Positions 25,546 through 38,476 of a stretch of DNA of 64,000 nucleotides are shown in pieces (positions within the stretch are counted from its first letter, which is position 1; the number at the start of each line of letters is the position of its first letter). Location of the stretch: contig JBHGNT010000006.1 of the NCBI GenBank assembly GCA_043228905.1, positions 11,780,001 to 11,844,000 of the forward strand. Direction: 5' to 3'. The stretch comes from Azolla caroliniana (taxonomy: Eukaryota > Plantae > Polypodiophyta). The notes beneath the pieces are model-generated. The model ran no database searches. It saw only the letters and a program-made list of their open reading frames with translations, and was not told where the DNA came from. A program made the translations under genes and the position numbers.

Positions 25546-27977
25546 TCATGTGCTGCTTTCTTGCATGATTTGGTGAAACAAGTCCTCTTGGCTTTCACCA
25601 AAATCGTCTAGTAGTTGCGCGAGTTCTTCAGAATATTGGTCAGCTAGCGTGCGATAATCCTGCGCTAGGTCCTCACATACTGCCGCAATGCTTTCCTCAT
25701 TGAGTTTGTAGAATACTCGATCGTCTTTTCTTCGGTTCTCCCAGTCCACCCGGTATGTATGCAACTCCGCTGCTTGTGCAACCCACACCATCTAGCCTTT
25801 GTCTAGCGCCGCTTGTAATTGTGATGTAAACCTCTCCCGATTTGTTTGAAGAAGTATGCACACATTGTCGGTTATTGCCTGGCCATGGTTGCGTGCTTCG
25901 TCTACGGTTTTCTTGAGGTTTTCGATTTCTTGTTTACTGACCACCGCTGCATCCTCATAATTGCTTCTCATTCCTACCCATAGTTGAGATTCCTTCAAAT
26001 GTAATTCCTCCAGCTTTCCCATTTCATTGTTCAAGCGGATTTTGAGCTGATGCCTTCGCTCCTGTTCCCGTACAAGCTGCTCGTCGAACCATGCTTTCTT
26101 CTTTTCCAATAACGCCCGGAGTCCCGTGATCGCCGTTTTTGATTTTTGTGCTTCCTCCTGTAGTTTGGCATTTTCTTCTTTCGTCCGGGTGTGTTGTGTT
26201 GGCTCCGCTACGAGTTTCTCTTCAATGGTCTTAACTGCCTTTCGGCTGTTGGCCCGAATGTCCTTTTCTCTGTCTGAGGACTGGTGAAGTTTGGAGCGGA
26301 GTCGATCAATCTCCGATTCCGCCAGTTGCACGACCCTTTTTGCTTTTGAGGTGATGGCGGTCTGTGCTTCAATCTCTTCTTTCAGGGCCTCAACGGTGTT
26401 GTCTGTTGGTTAGCTGCCTGCTGCACCGTAGTCGCGTTACGTTCCAACTCCGCGATACATTCGTTGGAAATTTGTAGCTCGTGTTGGGTCAGTTTAACTG
26501 TTTTCCAAACATTTTTATTTTTAATCACCATATCCTTGGCGCCAATACTGACCTTAGCCAGTTCCCTATGAACCTCAATTAGGGCCGCATTTAATGGGGG
26601 TGGTTCCATCCCTATTCGGCGTATGCCGGCATTCCGCTGTCTGCCGACTCTGGTTAGTTGCTCCTCCTCATCGCTTTCCGCCGTTTGTGTTAGCGCACGC
26701 TCGATCATTTGTCGCTCTGCGTGCTCCTCGGCCATTCGCTGGGAGACTTTTATTTGTTGTGTTGCCAAAAATTCCATGAGTTTAAAAGTAGTTTCGAACT
26801 GTAATAGGGCACCGAACTCATGGGCCGTGTTCAGAATGTCCGGATACGCCAAGAACTCATTTTTCGCCGTAAATACGCCTTTCCCCCGCTGTGACTAGGC
26901 CGAAATGATCGGCTGTGGTTCCCGGATTACTTCGAAGGTGGTGTTGGGCTCCGTAGCTATGGAGCTGTCGACCACGGTGGTCGTCTCTATGGCTGCGCAT
27001 GTGTCTTTAACTAATCCGCACCCATCTTTCCCGTCCAGCCTCCGCCGTTTCGGCCTCAGGCTGCCATGACGTTGCTCGGCTTCCTGCTCCCGCGGAGTTG
27101 CCTCCCTATGCTCCCTATGCTCCGCCCGTTCCTCCTGTGTTGTTCGCGTGTTGGGCTAGGTTGATTGGGGTTCATCCTCCCATTCTGTGGTGGCCAACTC
27201 CGCTAACCTTCGTCTTGCGGATCGTGGCGGCGGCATGGGTTTGCTGGGATGTGGTGCGGGCAGTCCGCGGGGTGGAAATAGTATCGTTAGATACTGTTGT
27301 ATGATTGGCCGTAGCTTTTTGTCGCCTTGATACGCGTGTAGGCCTTCCTGCAACCCTGGTCCTGTAATGACCCCCCAATCGACCGTGCATCCTTCGAAGG
27401 TATCAATGATGATACCTGCCTTCTACTTGGGCATCTTATAGGCATTTATATGCACGCATCCGATCTCCAACAAGAACTTGGCTATTTCGCGAAAGAAGGC
27501 GTTGGGGATTTCCTTCGTCCTGTATGCCTTGGCGAATGCCAAATAGGGCCCGAAATATCTCTGCAAAGTTTCCGCAGGAGGGATTTCGAAATGTCTTTCT
27601 CCCAGCGATGACAGGTCAAGCTTCTTCCGGATGGATGTGTTGGTGGCCGTGTCGATATTCAGCTTCCTAGCAATGTCTAGGGCTTCAGGGTGAGGGGGTG
27701 CCTCGGCGACTTTGATGTATTCATCCAGGCGTTTCTCGATGATCCATCGACGCAAGGCGGCAGAAATAGGGATCGGCATAGTAGGAGGGTAAGACTCGTG
27801 GCTAGTAGGTGAGGACTGCTGGCTATGGCGAACTCGAGCTCTGTGGTGGGATGGAGAAGAGGGTAAGTGAGGGGAGTGATGAGAGCAATGAGAGCTAGAA
27901 GGTTGGTTTCTGTACTGTGCAGAAAACCTTCTATTTTCTTCTTTTTGTGGCCTAGGGTTCATTGGTCGGTGAGCCAT
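25546..27977 (-). pseudogene. Extra sense ORF after integrase in D: globular N-region plus long coiled coil
   Basis: Chain of minus-strand ORFs (27977-27423, 27353-27156, 26852-26382, 26331-25792, 25791-25546) broken by stops and shifts; VDWG motif; E/K/Q-rich helical C-half. Confidence 0.65.
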
Positions 27978-28127
27978 CGTGGTGCCGCGTGTTCTTGGCC
28001 TAGAAGTTTGTGCATGCCTTAAGTCCTTTCAATAGCGTCGCTACCTTCTCTTCTTCTTTTTTTCGTAACAATTACATACAATATTATTTTTACACTATAG
28101 TACAAGTAGGGCCCTATACTTACAATA

Positions 28128-28798
28128 TTATTTAGGTGGCGTTGGTCCCAGGTAAGGTTTAAGGTGAAATCCATTCACCTTTTGTCGTAACACTTCCCTG
28201 GCCAAAGTGCCAAGTTGAAACGTGCCTTGTTTCGCTCCCACTATCCAGTATGGGCCTGTCCAGCGGAATCTTAATTTTCCTGGCATTTGGCCCATGCGTG
28301 TTTGATAAACTAATACCGCTTTCCCAACCGTAAAATCCTTTTCACGCGCATGCCGATGTTGGTCCACGAATGCTTTGCGCTGCTGCTGTTCCTGCTCCAA
28401 TATGGCCATACTGCGTACCCTTGTTTCGCCTAGTTCCAGCAGTTGCTGTAGCCGTATTGGTTCGGATTTTCCCTCTGGTAGCCGGGCTTGTACTTGAATT
28501 CGCAAACTGGGTACCTGGAATTCGACGGGCATCACGGTCTCCAGCCCAAATGCTAGCCTGAAAGCCGTAGATTGTATGCTAGTCTTATAGCTGGTTCGAT
28601 ACGACCATAATGCGCTATGCAATTTGGTATCCCAATCTGTTATGTTCTCATTGATTATCTTTTTGAGGATAGTTTGTAATGTTTTGTTCGTGGATTCGGC
28701 TAAGAGATTTGCCTATGGGTAATACGGCGTACTCTTTTTGTGAACCACAACGTAGTGTTGGGTCAGCTCGCTGATGATTGTATTCAGAAAGTGACTCC
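28128..28798 (-). pseudogene. Element D integrase, C-terminal half
   Basis: SHFLNTII...STPYY...LAESTNK...WDTKLHSALWSYRTSYK...RWTGPY...VNGFHLKPY. Confidence 0.9.
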
Positions 28799-28839
28799 TA
28801 ATCAAGGGATTGTGGGTTCGAGTCCCACTGGGCGTGCCA
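28792..28839 (+). other. 48-nt copy of the 3' two-thirds of a tRNA-Arg including CCA (extended PBS of D)
   Basis: Anticodon loop CTCCTAA, variable loop, T-arm GTGGG-TTCGAGT-CCCAC, acceptor 3' strand TGGGCGT-G-CCA; 4 nt from the LTR; no 5' half. Confidence 0.88.
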
Positions 28840-29304
28840 AAAGTGTTACCGATTAGGAACACGGTCTACGGTCAGTCCTTCGACCTAGACCTCTAGGTGA
28901 CTGCGTTGCAACGGATGGTACCGTCATATCGTAATACGTAACGGGGCACTCCCCATATCCTCGTAGTGTATAAGGGAGACGGCTACAACATAACTCCTTA
29001 TACAGTGCCCTAGTACTCGCACTTACACCTACGCCGTTATGATTACAATAAGCCACAGAGAATCAAAGAACACAACGGATCAAGCACAAATATGCACAGA
29101 AATCAGAGAAGGTAGTACTCTATTACAATAATGCTCTATGCACCAAAATTACACGCTACCTCTTACAGAGGATTTCTGCCCTTTATATACATAGGGTCTT
29201 TTAGCCATTCACGCTTCCCGCATGAACCATTACATGCGTTACGTTTTTACTATATTCTATATTTCTGCGCTCCTATCCATCGGTTACTATTCCGGCGGAC
29301 AACA

Positions 29305-32300
29305 TGGAACTTCAAGAAGTAGTTTCTTCAATCTTCGCATCATGTTTGTGTGCTCGTCTCGCCATTCGAACTTCATTCTTTTCTTTAGCAATCCATATAA
29401 AGGCTCGACGACATGGGCGTAGTGCGGAATCCAGATATGATAAAACGAGCATGCTCCAAGGAACCTTCGAACCTCTGTTTGGTTTACGCATTCTTCTTTC
29501 ATATCCTGGATCACGTTCACCTTGGATGGCGATGGCTTCCGGCTGTATGCTCCGCACAAGTGACATACCACCAAGATCTCTGGTTGCCCGAATGTGGATT
29601 TTTCTCCCGAAAATGTCAAATTCGCATCTTTGAGCCTTTGGAACACCTTCTCACAATCTTTCATATGATCCGCGATGAACTTTCTACACCCTTCCTTATC
29701 TTTCAATTCATCTTTCTCCTCATATGAAGATCCTTTTATCGGAATATCATCCAAGAATGGCATCGTGACGTCCGGGATGTAATCCTTCAAGACCTTGTTC
29801 ATGGCATTCACCATATGAGCCACCGAGTTCGTTGCACCTTGAGATAAGGTACACATCCGCACGAGCCCGATTGGAGTCCTCATGGTTGTAATGTCATGAC
29901 TGTCGATTGCCAACTGGAATTGGTCGTATCCAGAGTAGAGATTGTCAATGGAGTAGATGGACCGCCCCACAAACGCTTCGGCAAATTCATCCACGCACGG
30001 ACTGATTCCAGCATTCCAAATTGTCACCTTGTTGACGGGTTGAAGATCTTGGATGAATCGCAATGAACCATTCTTCTTCGGCACTGTGAACCACCTATTA
30101 GAATAAGGAGCATTTGACAGTTCCAGAATTCCCATATTCACCTTCTCCTTTAAGAGCTCGATTAGCTTCAGTAGGTGTGCTCTCGGAACCGGTATCGGTT
30201 TCAAATTCCAAGGTACGTGCAACACCGTGAAGATGACCATCGGCTCTATCGTCCTTGGATCAACACATCCGATATTTTGTGGGAAAAATGTGGAAGCCTT
30301 CCCATGTCTCTCAAGCATGTCGCGAAACATTCGCTCTTCTTTAGGGAGGAGGAAATCCTCCCTTCCAACTCGTAGCTTTCCCTTCATCTCTTCGGTGAAG
30401 ACATGACCTATTGTCTTCGGATCTCTTAAGCTTGGATCGTTAGCGACTTCCTTTATCTTTTGCCAGCTATCTTCCGGTAGCGGAACTGCAACTGGCTTGA
30501 TCTTCTTATCCACCGTTTTATATTTTGTGTTGATGTCAGCTTCCTTCATCAAGATGTTTCGATGATATTCATCGATGATAGCGTACATGTTGATGGAGTT
30601 AACCGAAATCACATGTTGATCGTGAAGATAGCTCAAGTCCACGACTTCCTCGATTTCACCGATGGTGTCGTTAAATGAGGCTTCTTCCATAATATGAATC
30701 ACGAACTCTTCTTCTTCTATTATGTTTTCTTTTTTCAGTATCTTCTCGAAGTCTTGTATCTGACGCTTGTCCTTCTTGTCGGCTAGTACTAGTTTACATG
30801 CACCACTAGGTGTGACACATGTTGCTTCTCCTTGCAATCCACACGCTCTACTCCCTTGTGGGGACTTGTGATCACTCGGACTATTTGTGCCCCATGCTTT
30901 AATAGTCCACTCTAAAAATCCGGGGATTCGACTCCAAGACTATCTCTATTTCTTTCATGATTAGCTTGCACCGTTAGGAATTGAACAGATCTTTGATTCT
31001 CAAGACTCTTGATTCGCGCAAAGGCTGCTCCATTATCGAACACCTTGGTCTCCATCCGGGATGATGTGATATACGGTTGTCCTAGGATGACAGGATGTGA
31101 CGCCGATTCTTGCACGAAGAAGTGTTGATCCATCTCCACATCCCCGATCGTGACTTTAACATTGGGACAAGCTCCGTACAAGTCCTCCGTAGACTTTGTT
31201 GCCGCTCGAATATTCCATTCGTGGTTTGTATTGATTGGCCATCTTCCTTTTTTGTAGAACTCGGTTGACATGAGGTTGATCTCTGAGCCATGGTTGATCA
31301 AGGCTACCACGGTCTCTTTCTTCTCCCCGATCTTCACCGGCGTCTCCGTTGTCGCTCGTGCCCAATGAGGTCGAGTATAGTGGTTGTCCACCATATCTTC
31401 ATCGACTTCGTCTCTTGCCATCATTATGGCATTTGTTTTTGCTCTTTGTGGCTTCTCTTCTTCCTCGTCCAATTGTTGCCTCTTTCTTTTTACAAGGTCC
31501 ACGATCGTGTCATGGAACTCCTTCGTAATGCCGAGTAGTTCCCTCAAGGACAAAGTCACGTGGCTATCAAGAACGCGTTCCTCGAGAATCTTTTTAAGGT
31601 CTGTCGTCTACTCTATGTCCGACCTTAGCTTATAGGTAGGCATAGTCCTTGTCTTTTGAGCGGGGTCTTCAACACCAATCTTCACGGGCCGAACCATTTC
31701 TTCGACTTGTTTGCTTGACTCCGGTTTTCGGCTAGCGTCTCCTTCCTCCATTTGTAAAGGTCGACTCGTTTCTACATCTTCTTTCTTTTTTGCGTTCCTT
31801 GTTTCATGTCGTTTTGATGGGCCTTGCTCTTCTATTCTTTTTCTCTTTTCTTCGACGAACACCTGGTGGTTGTCGCACATCACTTCCGTGAGTATGGTGT
31901 TGTCATCCACAGGATCCGACCATCCAGTTATACTTTGCACACTTCGGTCCGCAAGCTCTACCTCGTTCGATGTGACCTTCCCCATCTTCTCATACTCGAG
32001 AACGGAAGACCAAAACTTTGCTCCCACTTTCACAACTTCATTTTTGTCTTTCCCGAATCTTATTCTAGCCAACACAGCATAGTGCATCGCATCCACATGA
32101 GTCACCTCGGCATCCTCCATAGCTTTCTTCATTCCCCCTCTTCCGAAATTCATTCGTAGGGGTCTCCTAGTCTCACTCGAGTAGATCATGTTGCCATCCA
32201 TGTACACGATATTTTGTCGAATGGTGTCTTGAAGGCTCGAACAATGTCTTCTCATGTGGTCCATGCTATCGCACCACATGCATCTAAAGGGTTCTTTTCC

Positions 32301-33123
32301 TTTGGGCCCTCGACGATTCATGTTGGCTAGCGTGACCGTCTCGAACTTCTTTGCTAGTTCTTCGATGATGTCGTCAATCTTCTTTTCTTCCGGGCTGCTT
32401 TGTTTGGGCGGCTGAACTACTTTCGGATCTCTTGTTTTCTCCGCGACAGTTGTTCCCGCCAAGTCGGTGTCATCAACCCACTGACGACGCTTGTCGAGCC
32501 TATTGCATGCTCGCTTCACCGCAACCCAGTCCGCCACAAGCCCGTTCGCTTGGGTATCATCTTTGAGGAGAGTACCCAGTTCTCGTCAATCCTTTATATC
32601 CACAACTTTTAGGAAGTACAAAGTTTTGTCCTCAATTAGCACTTGGTCTGTGGCAGGGAGACGATGAAACATTTGGTCGAATTTGTCGTACACCCTCAAG
32701 GCGCTCATCTTCTTATTTTTCTTCTCTATCCATTTCATCAAGGCATGTCGAGTCATCCTTGACAAATCTTTTGTCGCTAACTCCGCTAATATTGCTTTCT
32801 CGAACTCCGACCACGTTGTCCCTTCTTGAAGCTCGATGAAGCACCTTTGGATGTTGTTGGTGACCACTCTCTTGAAACTTGTGATTTGACATGCTTCAGA
32901 CACGTCCCTCTGATTCATCTCCCTTCTATATGCATCAAGGAACTTCGTAATGTTCCTTTCATCAAACTGACCCTCGAGCTCCACAACACGATCGACGGCC
33001 TTCTCCACGCTCGCATCGTTGTCTCGAGATCTCATAATTTGTTCGACGATCAACATCATCCTTTCTAATTCTCCCGCTTGATTGCTTGAGGATGCCAGCT
33101 CCAAGTATCGGTTGATCCTCGAC
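29305..33123 (-). pseudogene. Element C gag, protease-like region and RT
   Basis: Gag with CMWCDSMDHMRRHC and NFGRGGM; ALINHGSEINLM protease-like motif; RT WFTVPKKNGSLRFIQDL, YSGYDQF, FLDDI; ATG at 34672 beyond B3. Confidence 0.88.
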
Positions 33124-34478
33124 TGTTGGGATTTCGGTCCCTCCGGATGGGATGTCCGGAGATGAATGACGGCAAGCCCGGTTGCGGTTACGGAACCGGA
33201 TGATGAATAGTACCCGGCATGAAGCCGGATGAAGAGACCCCGACTACGGAGCCGGATGCTGAAGACCCCGGCTACGGAGCCGGATGATGAAGACCCCGGC
33301 TACGGAGCCGGATGATGAAGACCCCGGCTACGGAGCCGGATGATGAAGACCCCGGCTACGGAGCCGGATGATGAAGACCCCGGCTACGGAGCCGGATGAT
33401 GAAGATCCCGGTTACGGAGCCGGATGACGAATGTACCCGGAGAGAGATCCGGATGCGGGGACATATTTGTGAATATGTTTGCCAAGAGCCCCTTGAGGCT
33501 ATATTTGTAAATAGCCCGAAAGTCATATGTGTATAAATATGACTTAGGGCAAACAGTTTTCGTTGTTGCTTAATTTTCTGTTTTCCACACAGAGAGAGTG
33601 AAGCGAGCAGCCGAGAGAGAGAGAGAGAGAGAGAGAGACGAGGAGGTCGTTGCCTCTGTGTATTACCGCCGCCTGTGGCGAAGACAGTGAGCTCAAGGTT
33701 GTTGCCTTGAAGCTTCACCATTGTACATCTCTGTTCATAGTGATAGTTGGAGTTTGAGGACTCCCGTGGTTTTTCCCATTTAGGGTTTTCCACGTAAAAT
33801 ATCCTGTGTACTCTTCTCTCTATTGTCTTTGTGTACTCTGTATTTCCTATTTTCTGTGAGTTGATCCTATTCCTCGGTTGTGGCCGAGCGCGGTTTTTCA
33901 ACAAAATGGTATCAGAGCACGGTAACACAGAAAATGGAAGGCGGCGGTAGTGGGCCTCCGGGCATGATGGTGCTGAATGCACAGAACTACGCCGACTGGA
34001 AGATAAAGATGGAGGATCTGCTCATAGTTCGGGACCTGTATGAACCGATCGACAGGTCGGAAATTCCCAAGGGGGTACTTGAGACGGAATGGAGGCTCCT
34101 GAACCGGAAAGCCGTAGCGACGATCCGGCAATATGACGATGTAAGCGTCCTACAACATGTGGCGAACGACACCAACGCATATGAGATGTGGAAGAAGCTG
34201 TCGGGCCTCTACGAGAGGAAGAACGCGTTGAACCGGACCTCCCTGATGAGGAAGATAGTGAACCTCAAGTACCGGGACGGCGAGAGTATGGTGGAACACG
34301 TAAGCACGTTCATGGGATTCGTGAACCAGCTTGCGGCGATCAAGTTCCCGTTGGAGGATGCAATGCAAGCCATCATTCTGATGTGTACATTGCCGGAAAG
34401 CTGGGAGAACTTGGTGGTGACTCTCAGCACCTCCTGCACCGAAGATAACTTGTCTCTACAAACGGTAAAGACAAGTAT
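33124..34478 (+). mobile_element. 3'-truncated Copia B3 (LTR 33124-33903, PBS, gag N-half)
   Basis: Near-identical to B2 up to ...ACAAGTAT; no second LTR. Confidence 0.95.
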
Positions 34479-34670
34479 GCATCAAGGAACTTCGTAATGT
34501 TCCTTTCATCAAACTGACCCTCGAGCTCCACAACACGATCGACGGCCTTCTCCACGCTCGCATCGTTGTCTCGAGATCTCATAATTTGTTCGACGATCAA
34601 CATCATCCTTTCTAATTCTCCCGCTTGATTGCTTGAGGATGCCAGCTCCAAGTATCGGTTGATCCTCGAC
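34476..34670. repeat. 195-bp direct duplication of 32929-33123 (element C gag) flanking B3
   Basis: Both copies are identical by eye; TAT microhomology at the B3 junction. Confidence 0.93.
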
Positions 34671-34691
34671 ATGATCCTTCCTGCCACCTCT

Positions 34692-34709
34692 TTCACGTCG
34701 GGTTCACCA
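34692..34709 (-). promoter_or_regulatory. PBS of element C, complementary to tRNA-Trp
   Basis: TGGTGAACCCGACGTGAA matches the plant tRNA-Trp 3' end (...TTCACGTCGGGTTCACCA, from memory); 8 nt from the LTR. Confidence 0.85.
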
Positions 34710-35284
34710 CTTGATTATGTCGTGAAGATCCATCACTACGTGCAGATTGTGAGGCGGAACCGCCGGGCTTCTAGACTGGAAGGCCTCGAAGTTTGCACTA
34801 GCTTTAGCGAGAAAGGAATTAAGATAGATTGAAAGAGAGAGAGATTGAGATAAAATAAAACGCTTAACTTTAGATTGAGAGATTAAGATTGAACTCTTGA
34901 CTTTAGATTTGAAGAACAAGATTAATACATCAATTGGATAATGAATTTCTTATTTTTAATTTCTTGATTAATACATCGCTCCCCATGATCTTTTTCATCC
35001 ACCCTTTTATAGATGCTCCCATGCATATGATGCATGTGAGGGTACAAGACATGTATACAATGCATGGAATGCATGTGATGCATGTTTGCCATTTGGCGCT
35101 CATGCATCACATGTCACCCAATCAAGCTCTAATATGAGAATTTACATGTAAAACTATAATGATAGGAAAAACATTTTTAAGGAAATGTCATAACCTAGTG
35201 GTAAGTTTATTGACTCTCAACTTGGAGGTGCAAGGATCAAATCTTTACTTGCACTCCTTTTGAATATACATATATATATATGTT

Positions 35285-35318
<34 letters not shown>

Positions 35319-35849
35319 TTTTACAAGGCATTTCTCCGTCCAGTTGTCGTCTCGCCGGCTCCATCGGCCATCGCCACCGGATGATGTTGGATGCCCTTGC
35401 CGGATACGTCGCCGGTCGTCGATCACCGGATGCCATTGCCGGATCCATCCAAAACACATAGTTATATGCATTTGGCTACATCCATTCGTTAAGTCATACA
35501 ACTTAACCTTTATATGCTCGACATATAGACACAAAGATAATAGCTTTTGCTCTGCCTTATATATGGTGGGATCCTTATTTATCCTGTCTATGTGGGATAT
35601 CACATTGTTTTATTTTTCTCTTCTTCTTTGCAAACTTCATACCCATAGAACTTGACACTTAGATGTCTGTTTCCTACGTAGTAAAGTGCATTCAAAAGCT
35701 CTTCAAGACCTCTATCTATTTGTACCAAGATATTAAACTTATTTAAGTATTATCTTCACTATTATTGTTTTAAATTTCATGAGAAGAACCATAGTCAATT
35801 TCGTATATTCCTCACAAGTTTCACACTATTGCCAAAAATCTCCACGACA

Positions 35850-36431
35850 ACGACTCCCATTTCCTCAACGAAGTGATAGCACCTACTAGGCGAATTTATG
35901 GTGACACACTGCAAGAGCTCCCCTTATTACCCTTGGTGCAACGAACAAGCAGAAAGCATGAATAAGGTGTTATGCACAATGCTCACAAAGATAATTGCCA
36001 CTTCGTGATCTGATTGGAGCACCAAACTCCAAGCGGCATTGAGGGCTTTTCGCACTTCCTACAAAGTCGCAACTTGCCACACACCATTCAAACTAGTATA
36101 TGGACAAGAAGCGGTATTACCCATCCAATTCCTTGTCCCCAGCCTTAGGATAGCCGTACAAGAATGATGGGACGAGGAACCCCTCCCGTCACGCCTAGAG
36201 AACCTAGAACGGTTGACCGAAACTCGCCTTCTCGCATTCCAAGCACTCTTGACAGAGAAAGCCAATAGAAAGGCGTGGCACGACAACAAATTAAGAGATA
36301 AAGATCTTGCTGAAGGAGACATGGCTCTCAAATTCGCCTCTCAACAGCACAAAAAGAAGCTCAAATTACGTGGCGAAGGCCCATATGTGGTCTCAGAGAT
36401 TACGCACACTCGAAGGCCTCGACAACCCAGG
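35850..36431 (+). pseudogene. G1 integrase, C-terminal part
   Basis: SHFLNEVI...SSPYYP...FRTSYKVATCHTPFKLVYG...GEGPY; cut by the LTR at 36432. Confidence 0.88.
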
Positions 36432-38476
36432 TGTTAAGAGTCTATTACTAATCAATAGACCAAACTAAAGTAAAAGAAGGAAAATAGAATGGATAGAAGA
36501 ACCCGTTCCACCGGACCATCCCTAAGTTATGATCTAGACATAGCCAACCTACCACCGACGTCCCATACCGTCGGATATTAGGATGACTAATACCTTGGAA
36601 GAGATAAACATGATCGTCGAGACGAAAGCCTAGCCCGCACCACCGGTGTCTAAGATTGTAGCCTTCCGATGTAATGTGATTATGAGGGTAGCTAAGCCTC
36701 ATATTTATACCTTTTCCTAGGCCCCTTGAATAGATGTGCCTTTCTAAAAGGCTCTCCATTTATTGGTTATCCAAATCATGACAGTGCATGCACTTATCAT
36801 TCCTTCTATCCAATCATTAGTCCTCTTTTTAACATTAGTGAACATACCCTTCAGTAATGTAAATATTGGTGACCTACCCTCACTAACGTTATGTGTACAT
36901 AACATACTCCCCTACTTCAAAATATTGCACTCTTGCAATATAAAGTGAGGAAATTGTGCCTTAAGAGTATGCTCGTGTTCCCATGTGGCATCATCAATAG
37001 GTTTATCCATCCATTTGATCTTGAATAGCCGAATCTCTTTAGAACATAAACGTTTAGTACGAGAATCAAGAATTCGTTCAGGAACATGAGGTTTGTAAGA
37101 AAAATCCTCTAATGTTTCAAGATTGTGGATTGTGATGGTGTTATCACCAGAGCCTAAAAATGGTTTTAGACAACTAATGTGAAAAACAAGATGAATACCA
37201 ACGTTATGGGGTAAGGAAAGGTGATAAGTAGATGACCCAACCCGCTTAAGGATTTCAAATGGGCCACAATATCGTGGGGCTAACTTAGTGCACTTGCCAG
37301 TAGACAATGACGTAGAGTCAGTAGGCACATGCACAAGGACGTCTATCTTGATTAGCATAAAGCCAAGCACGATCTTGAGGTGTCTTGACATTCTCTTTGG
37401 CAATATGCAACATTTGGTTCATGTCTTGCAAAAAATTGCGTGTACTGTCTAATGTATCACGATGAATCGTGACATCAACCGGGTCACGTGGTTGAAAAGC
37501 ATACATCAACATAAAAGGACTATGTCCAGTGGATGTATGTTTAGAGCTATTATAGGCAAATTCTAAGATAGGAAGGTATTGCGCCCACTTAGAAGGGGTT
37601 TTTGCTACATAAGCTCAAAGCATGTCCTCAATAATTTGATTAACTCGTTCAGTTTGTCCATCAAATTGAGGATGATCTGTGGAACTCATGGTCAACGTAG
37701 TTTCTAATTTCTTAAAGAATTGAGTCCAAAAGTCATTAGTAAACTTGGAATCTCGATCACTAACAATATCCACTGGTAATTTATGAAAACGAAATAACTC
37801 ATCAACAAATTGATAAGCCAATTGTTGAGCAGTTACCATGGTTTTGGTAGGAATAAATCTAGCCAATTTTGTTAGTTTGTCAACGACAACCCAAATGGCA
37901 TCATGACCCCTTTGTGTACAAGGTAAACTAACAATAAAATCCATCGAGATACTTTCCCATTTGTTGTTGGGAATATCTAAGGGATGTAAAAGACCAACAG
38001 CTTTAAGTCGTTCCGACTTATTAATCTGACATTGGAAGCATTGAGTTACGTATTTATGCATGTCAGAGCGCATCTTAGGCCAGAAAAAAGTACTTGAGAT
38101 GAGAACGAGTGTGCGTTGTATTCGAGGATGACCAGCAGAAGGTGCATCATGACATTCATGAAGAGTTTTTTGTTTTATATTTGGTAAATTTGGAACACAG
38201 ACCTTTCCACTATGGTAGAGCAATTCTTTTGTAATGTGAAAGGTCGCCTTCGAGGGTAGGGTGCTAATATCAGCATCTAAACTAGATTCGGCTTTCGTCT
38301 CGTATTTCGAAAAATAACTGTCATCAAGGTATATCCATCGAAGGTAATCTAAAAGATCAGATTTTATTTCCGTGAAGCTAAGCATGTGAACTTCTTTAAT
38401 GCGACTAAGAGCATCTGCAACGCTGTTCATAGAACCCTTGCGATACCGTATGGAAAAATCAAAATCTTGCGTAAGG
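36432..38476 (-). mobile_element. Chromovirus (Ty3/gypsy) 3' fragment E: integrase, chromodomain, PPT, 3' LTR 36432-36904
   Basis: NSVADALSR, HDAPSAGH, WESISMDF, IVSDRD, GPF motif, chromodomain PERILD...IKW...ATWE; PPT 36905-36920. Confidence 0.92.

Larger units (their letters stand above)
24622..29304 (-). mobile_element. Internally deleted Ty3/gypsy element D (tRNA-Arg PBS, integrase C-half, extra 3' ORF)
   Basis: Direct LTRs 28844-29304 and 24622-~25066/25107; TSD TGGAG/TGGAA; TATA-like box on the minus strand; no gag, PR, RT or RH. Confidence 0.9.
21674..35849 (-). mobile_element. Ty3/gypsy element C (non-chromovirus, tRNA-Trp PBS), holding D and B3
   Basis: LTRs 34718-35849 and 21674-22731 with TGT...ACA ends; 4-bp TSD ACGG/ACGA; G-rich PPT-like tract 22732-22752; gag, PR, RT, RH, INT remnants in gypsy order. 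Confidence 0.93.

Noticed and set aside
28792-28839. Functional tRNA gene or tRNA-derived SINE
   Set aside because: No 5' half or A box, CCA is encoded, and it sits at the PBS position.
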